Positions 1-9,335 of a stretch of DNA of 64,000 nucleotides are shown here, piece after piece (positions within the stretch are counted from its first letter, which is position 1; every line of letters starts with the position of its first letter). Both the position numbers and the translations under genes were made by a program. This stretch comes from Euglena gracilis. Its lineage: Eukaryota. Below the pieces are notes generated by a model. The model was not told the DNA's origin, did not search any database, and saw nothing but the letters and a program-made list of their open reading frames with translations. The stretch is taken from assembly GCA_039621445.1 (NCBI GenBank), contig CP154954.1:30694395-30758394 (forward strand). The letters are read 5' to 3'.

Positions 1-907
1 GCCGCCGGATCAGCTCCTCGTCCGTCCACCCCGGCAGCCGCCTCGTGCTCACCAGGATGTCGTCGAAGTAGGGGTGGGTGTAGGCGGAGACGTTGTGGCA
101 GGTCGCGTCGATGTCCCTCTGGAGCAGCGCCGGCCCGACGTTGATGCCCTGGGGCACCACGGTCCACTGCCAGAGGCCGCCGGGCAGGTGGATGTTGGTG
201 ATGGGCCGGCTTTCCTCCGCCATGGCCACCTGGTGGAAGGCGTCCCGCAGGTCCACCGTCGAGAAGATCTCACAATTCGCCTGCTCGCTCACGATGTCCT
301 CCGTCAGCGGTAGGAGGTAGGAGTCCATCTGCAGCATCTTGTTGGTCAAGCTGTAGTCGCACACCAGCCTCCACTTGCCCGACTTCTTGCGGATGGGGAA
401 GGCGGCCGCCCTCCACGGCCCCCGCCCCGCCTCCAGCTTGCCGTCCGCCAGGCACTCCCGCTCCATCTCCCTCAGGGCCTCCAGCCGCTCGCCCTTGAGG
501 TTGATGATCCGGCCCACCACTGGGATTGCCCCCGGCTTCAGCCTCAACACCGCCTTCCCATGGGTGCCCCGCGCCTGGGGGCACGGCCACACCCGCTCAC
601 GGAACACCCGGCCTTCGAACTCGTTGATGATCTCGTCCCGCAGCTGCCGCGCCAAGGGATGGCCGACGTCGTCTTCTGTCTCCACCACCCCTCGCACCGC
701 CTTCGCCGCTTCTTCGGCCTCCTTCAGCATCATCGCCACTTCTCGGAATGCTGCCTCGTCCGTGGTCAGCTGCCGCATCTTCTTCACCGTGGAGAGGTAG
801 CCGTCCAGCTCGTCTTCGTCTTCATTGCCATCTTCCTCCTTCTTCTCTTCGTCTCCACGCCGCCTCAGGATCCACTTGGGGTCCGCGTGGAGCTGCAAGG
901 TGTCGGG
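1..907 (-). pseudogene. Gypsy-type reverse transcriptase domain, open to the window edge
   Basis: Manual translation: AFPIRKKSGKWRLVCDY...FSTVDLRDAFHQV...WQWTVVPQGINVGPALLQ...PYFDDILV (YFDD at 59-70). Separated from the protease by a +1 insertion near 952 and a TGA at 908-910. Confidence 0.92.
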
Positions 908-954
908 TCACGGCTGCACATCCAGCCGGTTCTCCCGGAGCCACGGATACCGCC

Positions 955-1260
955 AGAATGAGGTCCGTGCTGATGCAGCCGTTGTACGCCACCACCTTCG
1001 TCGTCCACGTCCTCGGTCTCCGCTCCTCGTCGTCGGTCTGGGCCGCGAACGACAGCTTCAGCTCTGCTTCTCGTTGTCCTCCGGGTAGCGCCTCTCCACT
1101 CACCGTGCGTAGCACCAAGGGTCTCGCCGCCGCGTGGAACACCGACTCCGGGAACAACTCCTTCTTCACCAGAGAGGTCTGCGCCGCCGTATCGATCAAG
1201 GCCTTCGCCTGGATCTTCATCCCGCCTGCCTCCACCTCCACATCCATCAGCAGCTGGTAG
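955..1260 (-). pseudogene. Retropepsin-like aspartic protease domain
   Basis: ALIDTAAQTSLV (DTG-like, here DTA) and TDLIL[G]YPWL once the frameshift near 952 is corrected. Confidence 0.8.
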
Positions 1261-1394
1261 CACCCCCCACGGTGCTCCATCCGGCCGACCGTGAACGGCC
1301 GGTTCGGGAGGTGCTGCCACGGCCGCACCACCACCTTCTGCACCTTCTTCGCCGCCTCCGCCGCCGCCACTTCTTCCCGTGCCTTCTCCCCCAG

Positions 1395-1997
1395 GCACAG
1401 GTACCGCACCACCCCCTCCGGGATGCGGTAGGCTTCCGCCCTCGTGCACCTGCGCTCGCCGCCACTGCCTCCCAGCTGCAGCCGATGTCGTCGTACGCCG
1501 TCTGGTCCTTCCACCATGCTGCCGCACTTTCCACCACAGATGACGTCGTCCAGCTCCTTCGCCATCGCGTTGCTGACCCAGAAGCGGGTCGGCTTGCGAT
1601 ACCCGTACTCCGCGAAGCGGCAGTAGTCCACATCCACGTACCGCACTCCGCGCAGGACTCGTCGCCACCGCAGCAAGCCGAACCTCGGGTTTTCAATCCA
1701 CCACCGCGTAGGCGCCAAGTACTGCACCAGCTCCCTCGTGGCCTTCACCACCGCGTCCGCCATGCGGAGCCTCCTCTTGCGGGTGGTGAGGGCTGTGGAG
1801 TACTCTTTACAGGGCGGGGACGCCGCGATGACCTCGAAGTGGCCAGGAGCGTACTGCTCCCAGTACCTCCACTTCCTCACGTCGGCCACGATGTCCGGCT
1901 TCCTCTTCTCATCCCAGTCCACGCTGATCACCTTGAAGCCCATCTTCTTCAGCGCTCTTCTCACACTTCCCGTTCCGGAGAACAGGTCCAGCGCCCA
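1395..1997 (-). CDS. C5 cytosine DNA methyltransferase domain embedded in the retrotransposon polyprotein
   Basis: Within ORF 822-2069: motif I LDLFSGTG, motif II/III VISVDWD...ADV, catalytic motif IV ASPPC, motif VI IENP, motif VIII-like YRKPTRFW, motif X-like AYRIPEGVV. In frame with the protease, no stop between them. Confidence 0.9.
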
Positions 1998-1999
1998 TC

Positions 2000-4900
2000 T
2001 TTCCTTCTCTTCCTTCGCCGCCTTTTTCACCGGCTCTGTCTTCTCCTTCTTCGCCGGTGCTTTCTTCACCTCCTTCGCCGGTGCTTATCTTTCTTGTGGT
2101 GGTGTCTTGTGGAGACTTGGTGATGCCTTCGGTGATGATGTTGTCGGTGTTGTTGATGGCGATGACGTAGATCCTGGTAGACTCGATCTCGATGCTGTCT
2201 TCGTTGCCGATGCGGTCGGCGTTGATTAGGACGATGATGTCTTCGTTGCCGGTGCCGTCCGCGTTGATGAGGACGATGATGTCACCTTCGCCTTCGGCAC
2301 ACTCGGTAATGTTGATGGGGACGATGGTGTCGGCTTCGCCTTCGACACCTGCCGCAGGCAGGGTCTCTCCCCTTCCTTTGGAGACTTCCTGCCTCTTCTC
2401 TTTTTTTGGACCAGCCGCCATCCTTCTTCTTCATACTCCACCGCTCTTACCAGCCTCGTCCCTGGTGCGGATGTCGTCTGGGGGGTTGACTGCCGGTCCA
2501 GGCCCTTCCCCTCGGGACCTGGACGGCCCCGTCATTGCTGCGTCGATGTCGTCCCGGCCGCTTCTCCTTTGCCGGATCCTTTCTCAACGCCTTTGACTTT
2601 CCCCTTACCCTTGCCTTTGCCTTTTCCACCATCTTTCCCCTTGGCTTCGCCGCCTTTGCCGGTCCATCCTTCATTCCACGGCTGCTGGTTGCCTTTGCCT
2701 CGGCCAGCCCAGCCTTGGGCATCGTTGGAGTCCTTGGTCTCGTCCACCTCCTTCGCTTAACCTTCCTTTTCTTTCTTCACCGCTTCCTTCTTCACTTCCT
2801 TGATGTTGGACTCCTCCTGGACTCCTTGATTGGCCTTGGTGTCGGTCTCGTCATCTTCATCTTCGACATCCACTTCCCGCTGCCATCTTGTGGGTGCCGG
2901 CGGTTTGCGGTGGACCGGCTCGGGGTCGCCCATGGTGGCGGCCCGCTGGTCCAAGCTCAGCCACCGCACCATGAGGTCGTTGACTTGGGTGGCGGTGAAC
3001 TCCACGGTGTCCGGGGCCACCCGGACGATGGCTCCACCGGAAAGCTTCTGCCGGTCGTACACCGCCTTGATGGCCGCCCGGTGGTCGTCATCCGCCGGGA
3101 CCACCTTGATTCTTCTGCCTTGGCGATCCACTTTCTTCGGCAGGGTGGGCTGATGGCTGCACATCTGGCTGGGGAGACATCCCGGTGCCGAACGCCACCG
3201 CGGGTGTCTGATGCATGGCATGCGATGGGTTGGTGTGGACGGCTTGCTGGTACACCGTGCCTTCGGCACACTGCGGATCGGTGCCTTCGGCACCCAGCGG
3301 CTGGCTTGACACGGGCACGGAGACTTGGGAGACTGGTCGGACTTGGACTCGGACAGACTGGGCAGCAGCCACCGGCACCGGAACCGGTGCTGGCGGCTTG
3401 GACATGGCGACGGTCGCGGCTTGCGGGTGGGATGCCGGATGCTGCACTGCTCGGTGCGCTGGTGGGGCGGCGGTGCTGGGGGGACGCGATGCCGGTGCAG
3501 ACGGATGCGACGACAGCGCGCACTGCTGCACTTGCGTGCGGGACGGCTGCGGATGGGACGCTGCACGCTGGACAGCGGAGGACGACGCTTGGCGCTGGGA
3601 CACGGACAGCGGCTCTGCTCGGATGTCTGCGGTGCTCGGTCGCCGGGGAAATGCATACGCTGTTTGCGGCATGGATATCCCTTCCCTTGCCGGGTGCGCG
3701 GTGGTTAACGATGAGGACCGCTCTGCCGGGGCTCTGGCCGCTCCCGCCGATGCAGCCTGGGGGGCGGTTTGGTAGGGATCGGCTGCCCCTCGGGTTGGCG
3801 GCGTGGTCTGAGCCGCCGCGGACACCGGGGGTCCCCCGGCCGGGCGGAGACCGGACATCTTGACAGACCACTGCTTGATCTCCTCCTTCGCCATCTGTAT
3901 CTCCCTGAACAGCGCCGTCACCACTTGGTCAACCTCCCGGAGGGCCTTCTCCAAGTACACCCTGCACTTGCCCTCCAACTCCACAGAAATCCGAACGGCC
4001 AGCTTGTTGAAATACTGCACCTGCAACCCCGGGATCTCGGTCTTGGAGTTGAGCTCCATCCGCTGTAATCGCTCCTCCATCTCCCGCACCACCGTGGCGA
4101 GCTCCCCCCGCGTCACCATGGTTCCCCGGAGACGGGCCACCTACACTTCCGTTTCCGGGTCCACCACCCGGGCCGCACCCTCGCCGGGGCCTGCACGCAC
4201 CATCGCCGTCAGGCCTTGCACCTCTGCCTCGCGGCATCGGTGCTCAGCCTGCACGGCGGCGATTGCTTGGGCCGCCTCATCCACCGCCTTTCTGGCGGCC
4301 GCCTTGGCTTGCGCCACTTGGCCCTCAAGCCGTCCATGCTGGGCTTGGATGGTCTCCATGAACTGCGCGATGACCTTGCCTTGCCCCTCCGCCACTTGCC
4401 GATAGGCCGCCGCGGACGCATCCTTCGTGGCCTTGATCTCCTTGTCCATCTCCTCCAGCGCCGCGGTGGGCCAGTCATCCCATATCTCCCGGGTGCGGTT
4501 GCCCAGGAGGTCGAGCTGGGCCACCACCTGCCCGAGACTCGTCTCCACGCCGCGGACTTGGACACCCACGGCGTCGATGCGGCTCGTCAGCCACACCGCC
4601 ACCTCCTCCGACACCCCGGGATACTCGTCCTGCATGGGCTGGTCTTGCACCGGGACTTCATCCCCGGCACCCATCTCCTCCTGGTACATCTCGGGGGCCA
4701 TATCTTCCTCGTATCTCTCGCCTGCGGGCTCAGCCTCGTCGTACATCTCGGTGGTCTGCTCGTACGTCTCCTCTGCCACGTCATACTCCACCTCTGCCGC
4801 GTCCTCGTCCATCTCCTCCAGGATTCTTGGCATCTTGAGTGGCCGGTGGGACGATGAGGCTTCAGAAAAGGGGGTTCGTTCCCCCCACACCCTTAGATCC

Positions 4901-5037
4901 CCCTTGCGGCTCCCTCTGGGGGTGATGGTGGGGGAGAACAGCAGCGCCCCCGCCGCGGCCAACAGCGGGAAGCGGGCCCGCAGCGGCGTGGCGTCCCGCG
5001 GGGACTCCAGCCGGAACTCTGGCAGCAGGAGCGGCAC
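2000..5037 (-). pseudogene. gag-like region: acidic/coiled-coil N-terminal part, Pro/Ala/Gln-rich linker, GKG repeats, Ser/Thr-rich linker
   Basis: ORFs 4141-5037 and 3088-4140 share a frame across a TAG. ORFs ending at 2757, 2532 and 2226 share the MTase frame. The region lies between the PBS and pol. Confidence 0.6.
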
Positions 5038-5451
5038 CAGCGCAAACGCCGCCGCGGACGCCGCCGCGGACGCCGCCGCGGACCCCCCCGGGGACGGCGT
5101 GGCTGCTGGGGTGGTGCGCAGGGACTGGGACAGGTACGAGGGTGGGGATGGGGTGGGCCGGATGTGGAATGTGAGCTGGAGTGGGAATGGGAGCTGGGGG
5201 TTTGGGCTTATCGCCTTTTCTTGAGCAGGGCTAGGTGGGGAAATGGGGGATTATTTTTCTGCTGTGCACACTGAGGGGGACTGAGCAGCGGCATGCGTGT
5301 GCGGAGGATTGGGATTGGGTATGGGGCGGTCTTTTTCATTTTGGGGAGTCCCATGGTGGGGGACACCCACCACCGGGACGGGGTGAGCCTGTGGAGCCGG
5401 ATCCATCTTGTCGGTGTGGTTAGTTCCCAGGAAATTTTGTTCTGTGAAAAA

Positions 5452-5463
5452 CCTCTGCTACCA
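5452..5463 (-). promoter_or_regulatory. Primer binding site for initiator tRNA-Met
   Basis: Minus strand TGGTAGCAGAGG is complementary to the ...CCUCUGCUACCA 3' end typical of eukaryotic tRNA-iMet, and lies just inside the putative LTR. Confidence 0.8.
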
Positions 5464-5466
5464 GTT

Positions 5467-5676
5467 TCCCGATTGTTGTTGTTTTTGTCTAGCCTTCACT
5501 CCCGGGGGTCCGTGAGGGGGTACCGGCGGGGTGGGGGGTAGGCGCGACGGGCTCTGGGGAGAGGAGTAGGTTCGGGATACTCCCTTTCCCACGTAGGATT
5601 TTTTCCCGGGGACCGAAGGCCCTCCTTTTTGGGGAGTGGTTGGAGGGGGGAGTCCGGCTTGGCGTCCCTTCCGGCA
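5467..5676 (-). repeat. Putative 5' LTR, about 210 bp
   Basis: Starts TGCCG and ends CGGGA (imperfect TG..CA) a few nt before the PBS; composition switches to CpG-poor DIRS sequence at 5677. The partner LTR is outside the window. Confidence 0.55.
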
Positions 5677-6672
5677 GTGGGGGGGTTTTAGGAAAAGGCC
5701 TGGTTGCCCTCCCCTAGGCTTCTTGTCCCCCAGCACCAACACCTTTTTTTGCTTGTACTGCTCCTCCTGCGCCAGCAGATATCCAATCCTTTGTAATCTT
5801 TTGCTTTCTCCGCCCTTGGGATTTTTGACTTTCTTGAACTTTTGCACTTTCTTGGCTCCAGTGCCTTTCCTTGAATTCCTGTAATTCCTTGAAAATTGAT
5901 ACAGTTTGACTTTGGTCTTGATTCAGCCGGCACAATCTTGAATTGAAACCATAGGTAAAGAGAGGGAGCCTGCAGTGAAAACATCAGAACAGTTAGAGTG
6001 CCCTGGCCTTGGTATTGTTGGCCACCCTGGCCTTTGTTCCATCGGCCGCCATGGCCATTGCTGTTTTGGCCGCCATGGCCCAGCTTGCTGTTGTGGCCGC
6101 CATGGCCCAGCTTGAACAAGTTATTGGTGTAACTGGCAGAATGTTAGCCCCAATGGTCCTGGCTCCAATGGCCGTAGTGGCCTGCTGGTTGTTGCTTCTG
6201 CCCATTTCGGGGTCTTCTGACCACGGTCCGTGGCCATCACTTTGGAGGGTTTGGGTTCTGGAAACTTCTGTGGGGAAAATTCTTTTGGGGAAGGGGCAGC
6301 CACGGTTCGCCACAGTTGACCCGCGCCGTCAGGTTGTCCAGCTGCTGCTGCTGCTCCCTCTTGAAGTTCTCCAGCGCTGTGCTTCTTTGAAGTTGCATCT
6401 TTCATTGAACTCTTTCGAAAAATTCAACAACTTTTTATTTGAAGTTCTGCACGAGCGTGACTTTCTGGATAAATTGACTGTATTGATTGTCTTCTTCTTT
6501 TCTCAATTGGTGAGGTCTTTGAAGTTCCTTTCTTCTGGGTGTCGAAGGGCAAATTCGGAATCAGCCAACTCCGGCGAAAAAACTCTTAACCCAGCGCCAC
6601 GAACAATCCAAACAACACCGCCGGCGAGCAAGGCATGGCCTCACAAGGGCAAAGTGCGGAGCCCGAGGTGTC
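5677..6672 (-). mobile_element. 5' part of a DIRS element (left terminus plus decayed gag-like ORF), interrupted by the Gypsy insertion
   Basis: TCAGCCAACTCCGGC and GTGCGGAGCCCGA match the left terminus of the 7864-12437 element; CPST-RRK and QQQL...PW segments resemble its gag region. Confidence 0.7.
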
Positions 6673-6684
6673 TGCTGGTTTGCC

Positions 6685-6900
6685 ATTGGAGGAAGTCCGG
6701 AAGCTTGGTCGGTGGAAAAATTTAGGAGCCTTTCAAGCCCATTATTTGAGGCTTGGGGTCGTATCCAAAAATTAAAAAATTATGGCCCAAAGGGGGGTGC
6801 GCGGTCCCTCAGCACCTCGCAGTGCGGAGCCCGAATGGTCTCGGACTCCAAAGAAACAGGAAGGGCGAGAAAGGGACCAAGAGGGCGACACACAAGAAAA
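6685..6900 (+). mobile_element. DIRS fragment: YR C-terminus plus ICR-like sequence
   Basis: EEVRKLGRWKNLGAFQAHYLRLGVVSK followed by CGCAGTGCGGAGCCCGAATGGTCTCGGACTCC, nearly identical to the reverse complement of about 8290-8460. Confidence 0.85.
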
Positions 6901-6904
6901 TCCA

Positions 6905-7560
6905 TGAAAACAGGGATTACATGTAAATCCTTTAGAAATGCATTCTGCAATCTGCATTCTGCATCACGAGAGGCAGAAAACTCCCCCCTCCACCCCAATC
7001 CGAGCCTCAAATAGCAAAATCCCTTCTGTGTTGGCAACATACTCGGGGGCTAAGTCGTTTTTGTGGCTCACTTTGGCACAGGCGGGGGGGGGGGGCTCCG
7101 CCCCCCGCACCCCCCCCTCAAATAACAAAATCTATGTTGGCAATAGACTTGGAGGGATAAGACCTTTTTTTGTGCAAATTTTGCCTTATACTGAAAATTC
7201 AATGGTCCGGATGGGTCCAAATAAGTGTCTTACGCCTAAATAAACACCCCCAGATGGAAATCGTTGGTCAGTGGGGGGGTCGGTGGGCCCTTGATGGGGG
7301 TCCGGAGGGGTAAAAAAACCACTGATGAAACAGGGATTACACGAAAATCCTTTAGAAATGCAAGCATTCTGCATCACGAGAGGCAAAAAACTCCCCCCTC
7401 CACCCCCATCCGAGCCTCAAATAACAAAATCCCTTCTGTGTTGGCAACATACTCGGGGGCTAAGTCGTTTTTGTGGCTCACTTTGGCATAGGCGGGGGGG
7501 GCTCCGCCCCCCCCGCACCCCCCCCCTCAAATAACAAAATCCCTTCTATTTTGGCAGTAG
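6905..7560. repeat. Direct duplication of about 230 bp (about 6905-7140 and 7325-7560)
   Basis: Both copies contain GAAACAGGGATTAC...GCATCACGAGAGGCA...CATACTCGGGGGCTAAGTCG...CTCAAATAACAAAAT. Confidence 0.85.
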
Positions 7561-7777
7561 ACTTGGCTTGATAAGACCTTTTTTTTGTGACTTATATTGA
7601 AAATTCAATGGGGAGAGGTGTACTTTGTCAAAAGTGGCCCAAAATGGACATTTTCCCTCAATTGTTTTGCATATTCACCCCCGATTGGGGGGTTCTGTAG
7701 CCATTTGGGTGATTTAGACAAAAAAAATTCCCAGGGGGGGCTTAAAAGTCGGCAGTTTTGGCCCGTTAGTACACTAG

Positions 7778-7858
7778 AGTGGGTAGTCGGCCGACTACCA
7801 ATTGGTCCGCCGACCAATTAGTCGGCCGACTACCCAATTGGTCGGCCGACTACCCACT
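7778..7858. repeat. Palindromic mini-array of GTCGGCCGAC units
   Basis: Four units (one variant); outer arms AGTGGGTAGTCGGCCGAC and GTCGGCCGACTACCCACT. Confidence 0.8.
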
Positions 7859-9335
7859 ACCCCCTCGGACTCCCACGACAGAGGAAGGGGGAGGAAGGGA
7901 CCAAGAGGGCGAAGCACAAGAAGATGGTGAGGTCCTGCTTTCCTTGCCGGCTGTTCTGTTCTGGTGTGTTTGTGCGTGCGCGGGGGGTGCTTCTTACTGC
8001 GCCTTTGTTGCCGGAGTTGGCGATGATGAGGCCGCGTCCGACACCTTGGCGAAGCTGAACCGCCGTGGCTCCGCCCCCCCCCCTCTCCCATGGTCGCTTG
8101 GTGGGGGGCCCCCCCCCTGATGGGGATGGTGGTCTCTTTCTGTGTTTCTGGGTGGGTGGCTGGGGTTGCTTGGTTGGGGGTCCACTTTCTGGTTGGGTTG
8201 TCTTTCTTTTTCTGCTGATTTTTTGGGTGGGAGGGTTGGGCTCACCATCTTCTTGTGCTTCGCCCTCTTGGTCCCTTCCTCCCCCTTCCTCTGTCGTGGG
8301 AGTCCGAGACCATTCGGGCTCCGCACTGCGAGATGGTGAGGTACTGTGCACCCCCCTTTGGGCCATAATTGTTTGAATTTTTGAAACGACACCCAGCCTC
8401 AAATAATGAGCTTGGAAGGCCCCAAAATTTTTCCACTGGCCCAGCTGCTGGACTTCTTCCACTTGCAAACCAGCATTTTTCCACCATAAAACCCCAGCCC
8501 CTCTGGTGCTGTGGGGTTTCCAGTGGGTGGTGTCCACCCCCCCCTCCTGCAGAATTTCTTTGGTCAGGGAATTCACCCTTTCTGAAGTCAAAGGTCTTTT
8601 GCCATCCAAAGACCACAACAAATGATTTTTGTGCCCAACCATGTGGGCTGTCCTTCCCACATACTCTTTCAATAAATGCCAGGGGCTGATGAGGGGGGTG
8701 TGTGGCAAAACCAAAATCTCCTCCCACCTTGGGCACTGCCATCCTTTCCTTTGCAATAAAATGAAAATTTTTTCTCCTACGAAACTGATTTTTCGCTGTG
8801 TCCTGGCTAAATCAACCCCCCTGTGGAGGGCCAACAGCCTCCAACAGATGATGAGCCTGTTTCTGAGCTCTTTCACAGATAGGTCTGAGAGGGGTTTGGA
8901 TTTCCTGATGATGTTCTCCAAGAAATCAGTGGGGTCCCAAAAATGGGCATACTTGCAGACATTGGAATTCCATTTCCTCTTCAATGGAGACAAAAGAGGG
9001 GAAAACCTCAATGACCCAAACCCTGGGAGTAATAAAACTGCTGCATATGCATTTCTTGCAGTGTTGAGGCTGTGGGCAGCCAGGTCAAGGATGGCCTCAG
9101 CCATCCTGTGGACTGTGCAGTCCTGCAGGGGCACCCCTTTGTGCAACAATTGGCCCATCAAAGCCTTGAATGCTGAATCATATCTTTTGACATTCCCCAG
9201 ATTTTTTATGTAAGTGTCGATACTGGACATCGAAACTTCCTGGGATTGTAATATTTGCCTGACACAATCAAGCAGGCCAAATTCCACCTTGGGGGGGGCA
9301 TCTCCTCCCCCCAGCAGTTGGTGAACAGACCCCAC
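7857..9335 (-). CDS. DIRS tyrosine recombinase (YR)
   Basis: 492-aa ORF with RHRY-type motifs: HRGVDL, HSTRG, GQW...FQAHYLR. Confidence 0.92.
   Translation of the reverse strand: MGSVHQLLGGGDAPPKVEFGLLDCVRQILQSQEVSMSSIDTYIKNLGNVKRYDSAFKALMGQLLHKGVPLQDCTVHRMAEAILDLAAHSLNTARNAYAAVLLLPGFGSLRFSPLLSPLKRKWNSNVCKYAHFWDPTDFLENIIRKSKPLSDLSVKELRNRLIICWRLLALHRGVDLARTQRKISFVGEKIFILLQRKGWQCPRWEEILVLPHTPLISPWHLLKEYVGRTAHMVGHKNHLLWSLDGKRPLTSERVNSLTKEILQEGGVDTTHWKPHSTRGAGVLWWKNAGLQVEEVQQLGQWKNFGAFQAHYLRLGVVSKIQTIMAQRGVHSTSPSRSAEPEWSRTPTTEEGGGRDQEGEAQEDGEPNPPTQKISRKRKTTQPESGPPTKQPQPPTQKHRKRPPSPSGGGPPTKRPWERGGGGATAVQLRQGVGRGLIIANSGNKGAVRSTPRARTNTPEQNSRQGKQDLTIFLCFALLVPSSPFLCRGSPRG
7864..8021 (-). repeat. DIRS right ITR plus right extension
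   Basis: 7922-8021 is the reverse complement of about 12316-12414; 7864-7931 is the reverse complement of about 8241-8308. Confidence 0.9.
8241..8340 (-). repeat. DIRS internal complementary region (ICR)
   Basis: Joins complements of both termini (plus strand ...GGAGTCCGAGACCATTCGGGC...) and is bracketed by the 10-bp inverted repeat CTCACCATCT/AGATGGTGAG. Confidence 0.9.

Larger units (their letters stand above)
1..5676 (-). mobile_element. Ty3/Gypsy-type LTR retrotransposon (decayed, runs off the window) with order LTR-PBS-gag-like-C5 DNA methyltransferase-protease-RT
   Basis: Minus-strand PBS, retropepsin motifs and LTR-type RT motifs in PR-RT order; several stops and frameshifts; GC- and CpG-rich block with a sharp boundary near 5676. 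Confidence 0.88.

Noticed and set aside
822-2069. Bacterial restriction-modification gene or contamination
   Set aside because: The MTase is fused to a retropepsin inside an element with a PBS and RT, contiguous with eukaryotic TEs; there is no cognate nuclease.
2535-3863. 442-aa plus-strand ORF and other long ORFs in 1-5 kb
   Set aside because: Antisense shadows of a GC-rich minus-strand coding region, with no recognisable motifs.
4138-4143. In-frame TAG between two long ORFs as programmed gag-pol readthrough
   Set aside because: It lies within the gag-like region far from pol, and the element has several other stops; more likely a point mutation.
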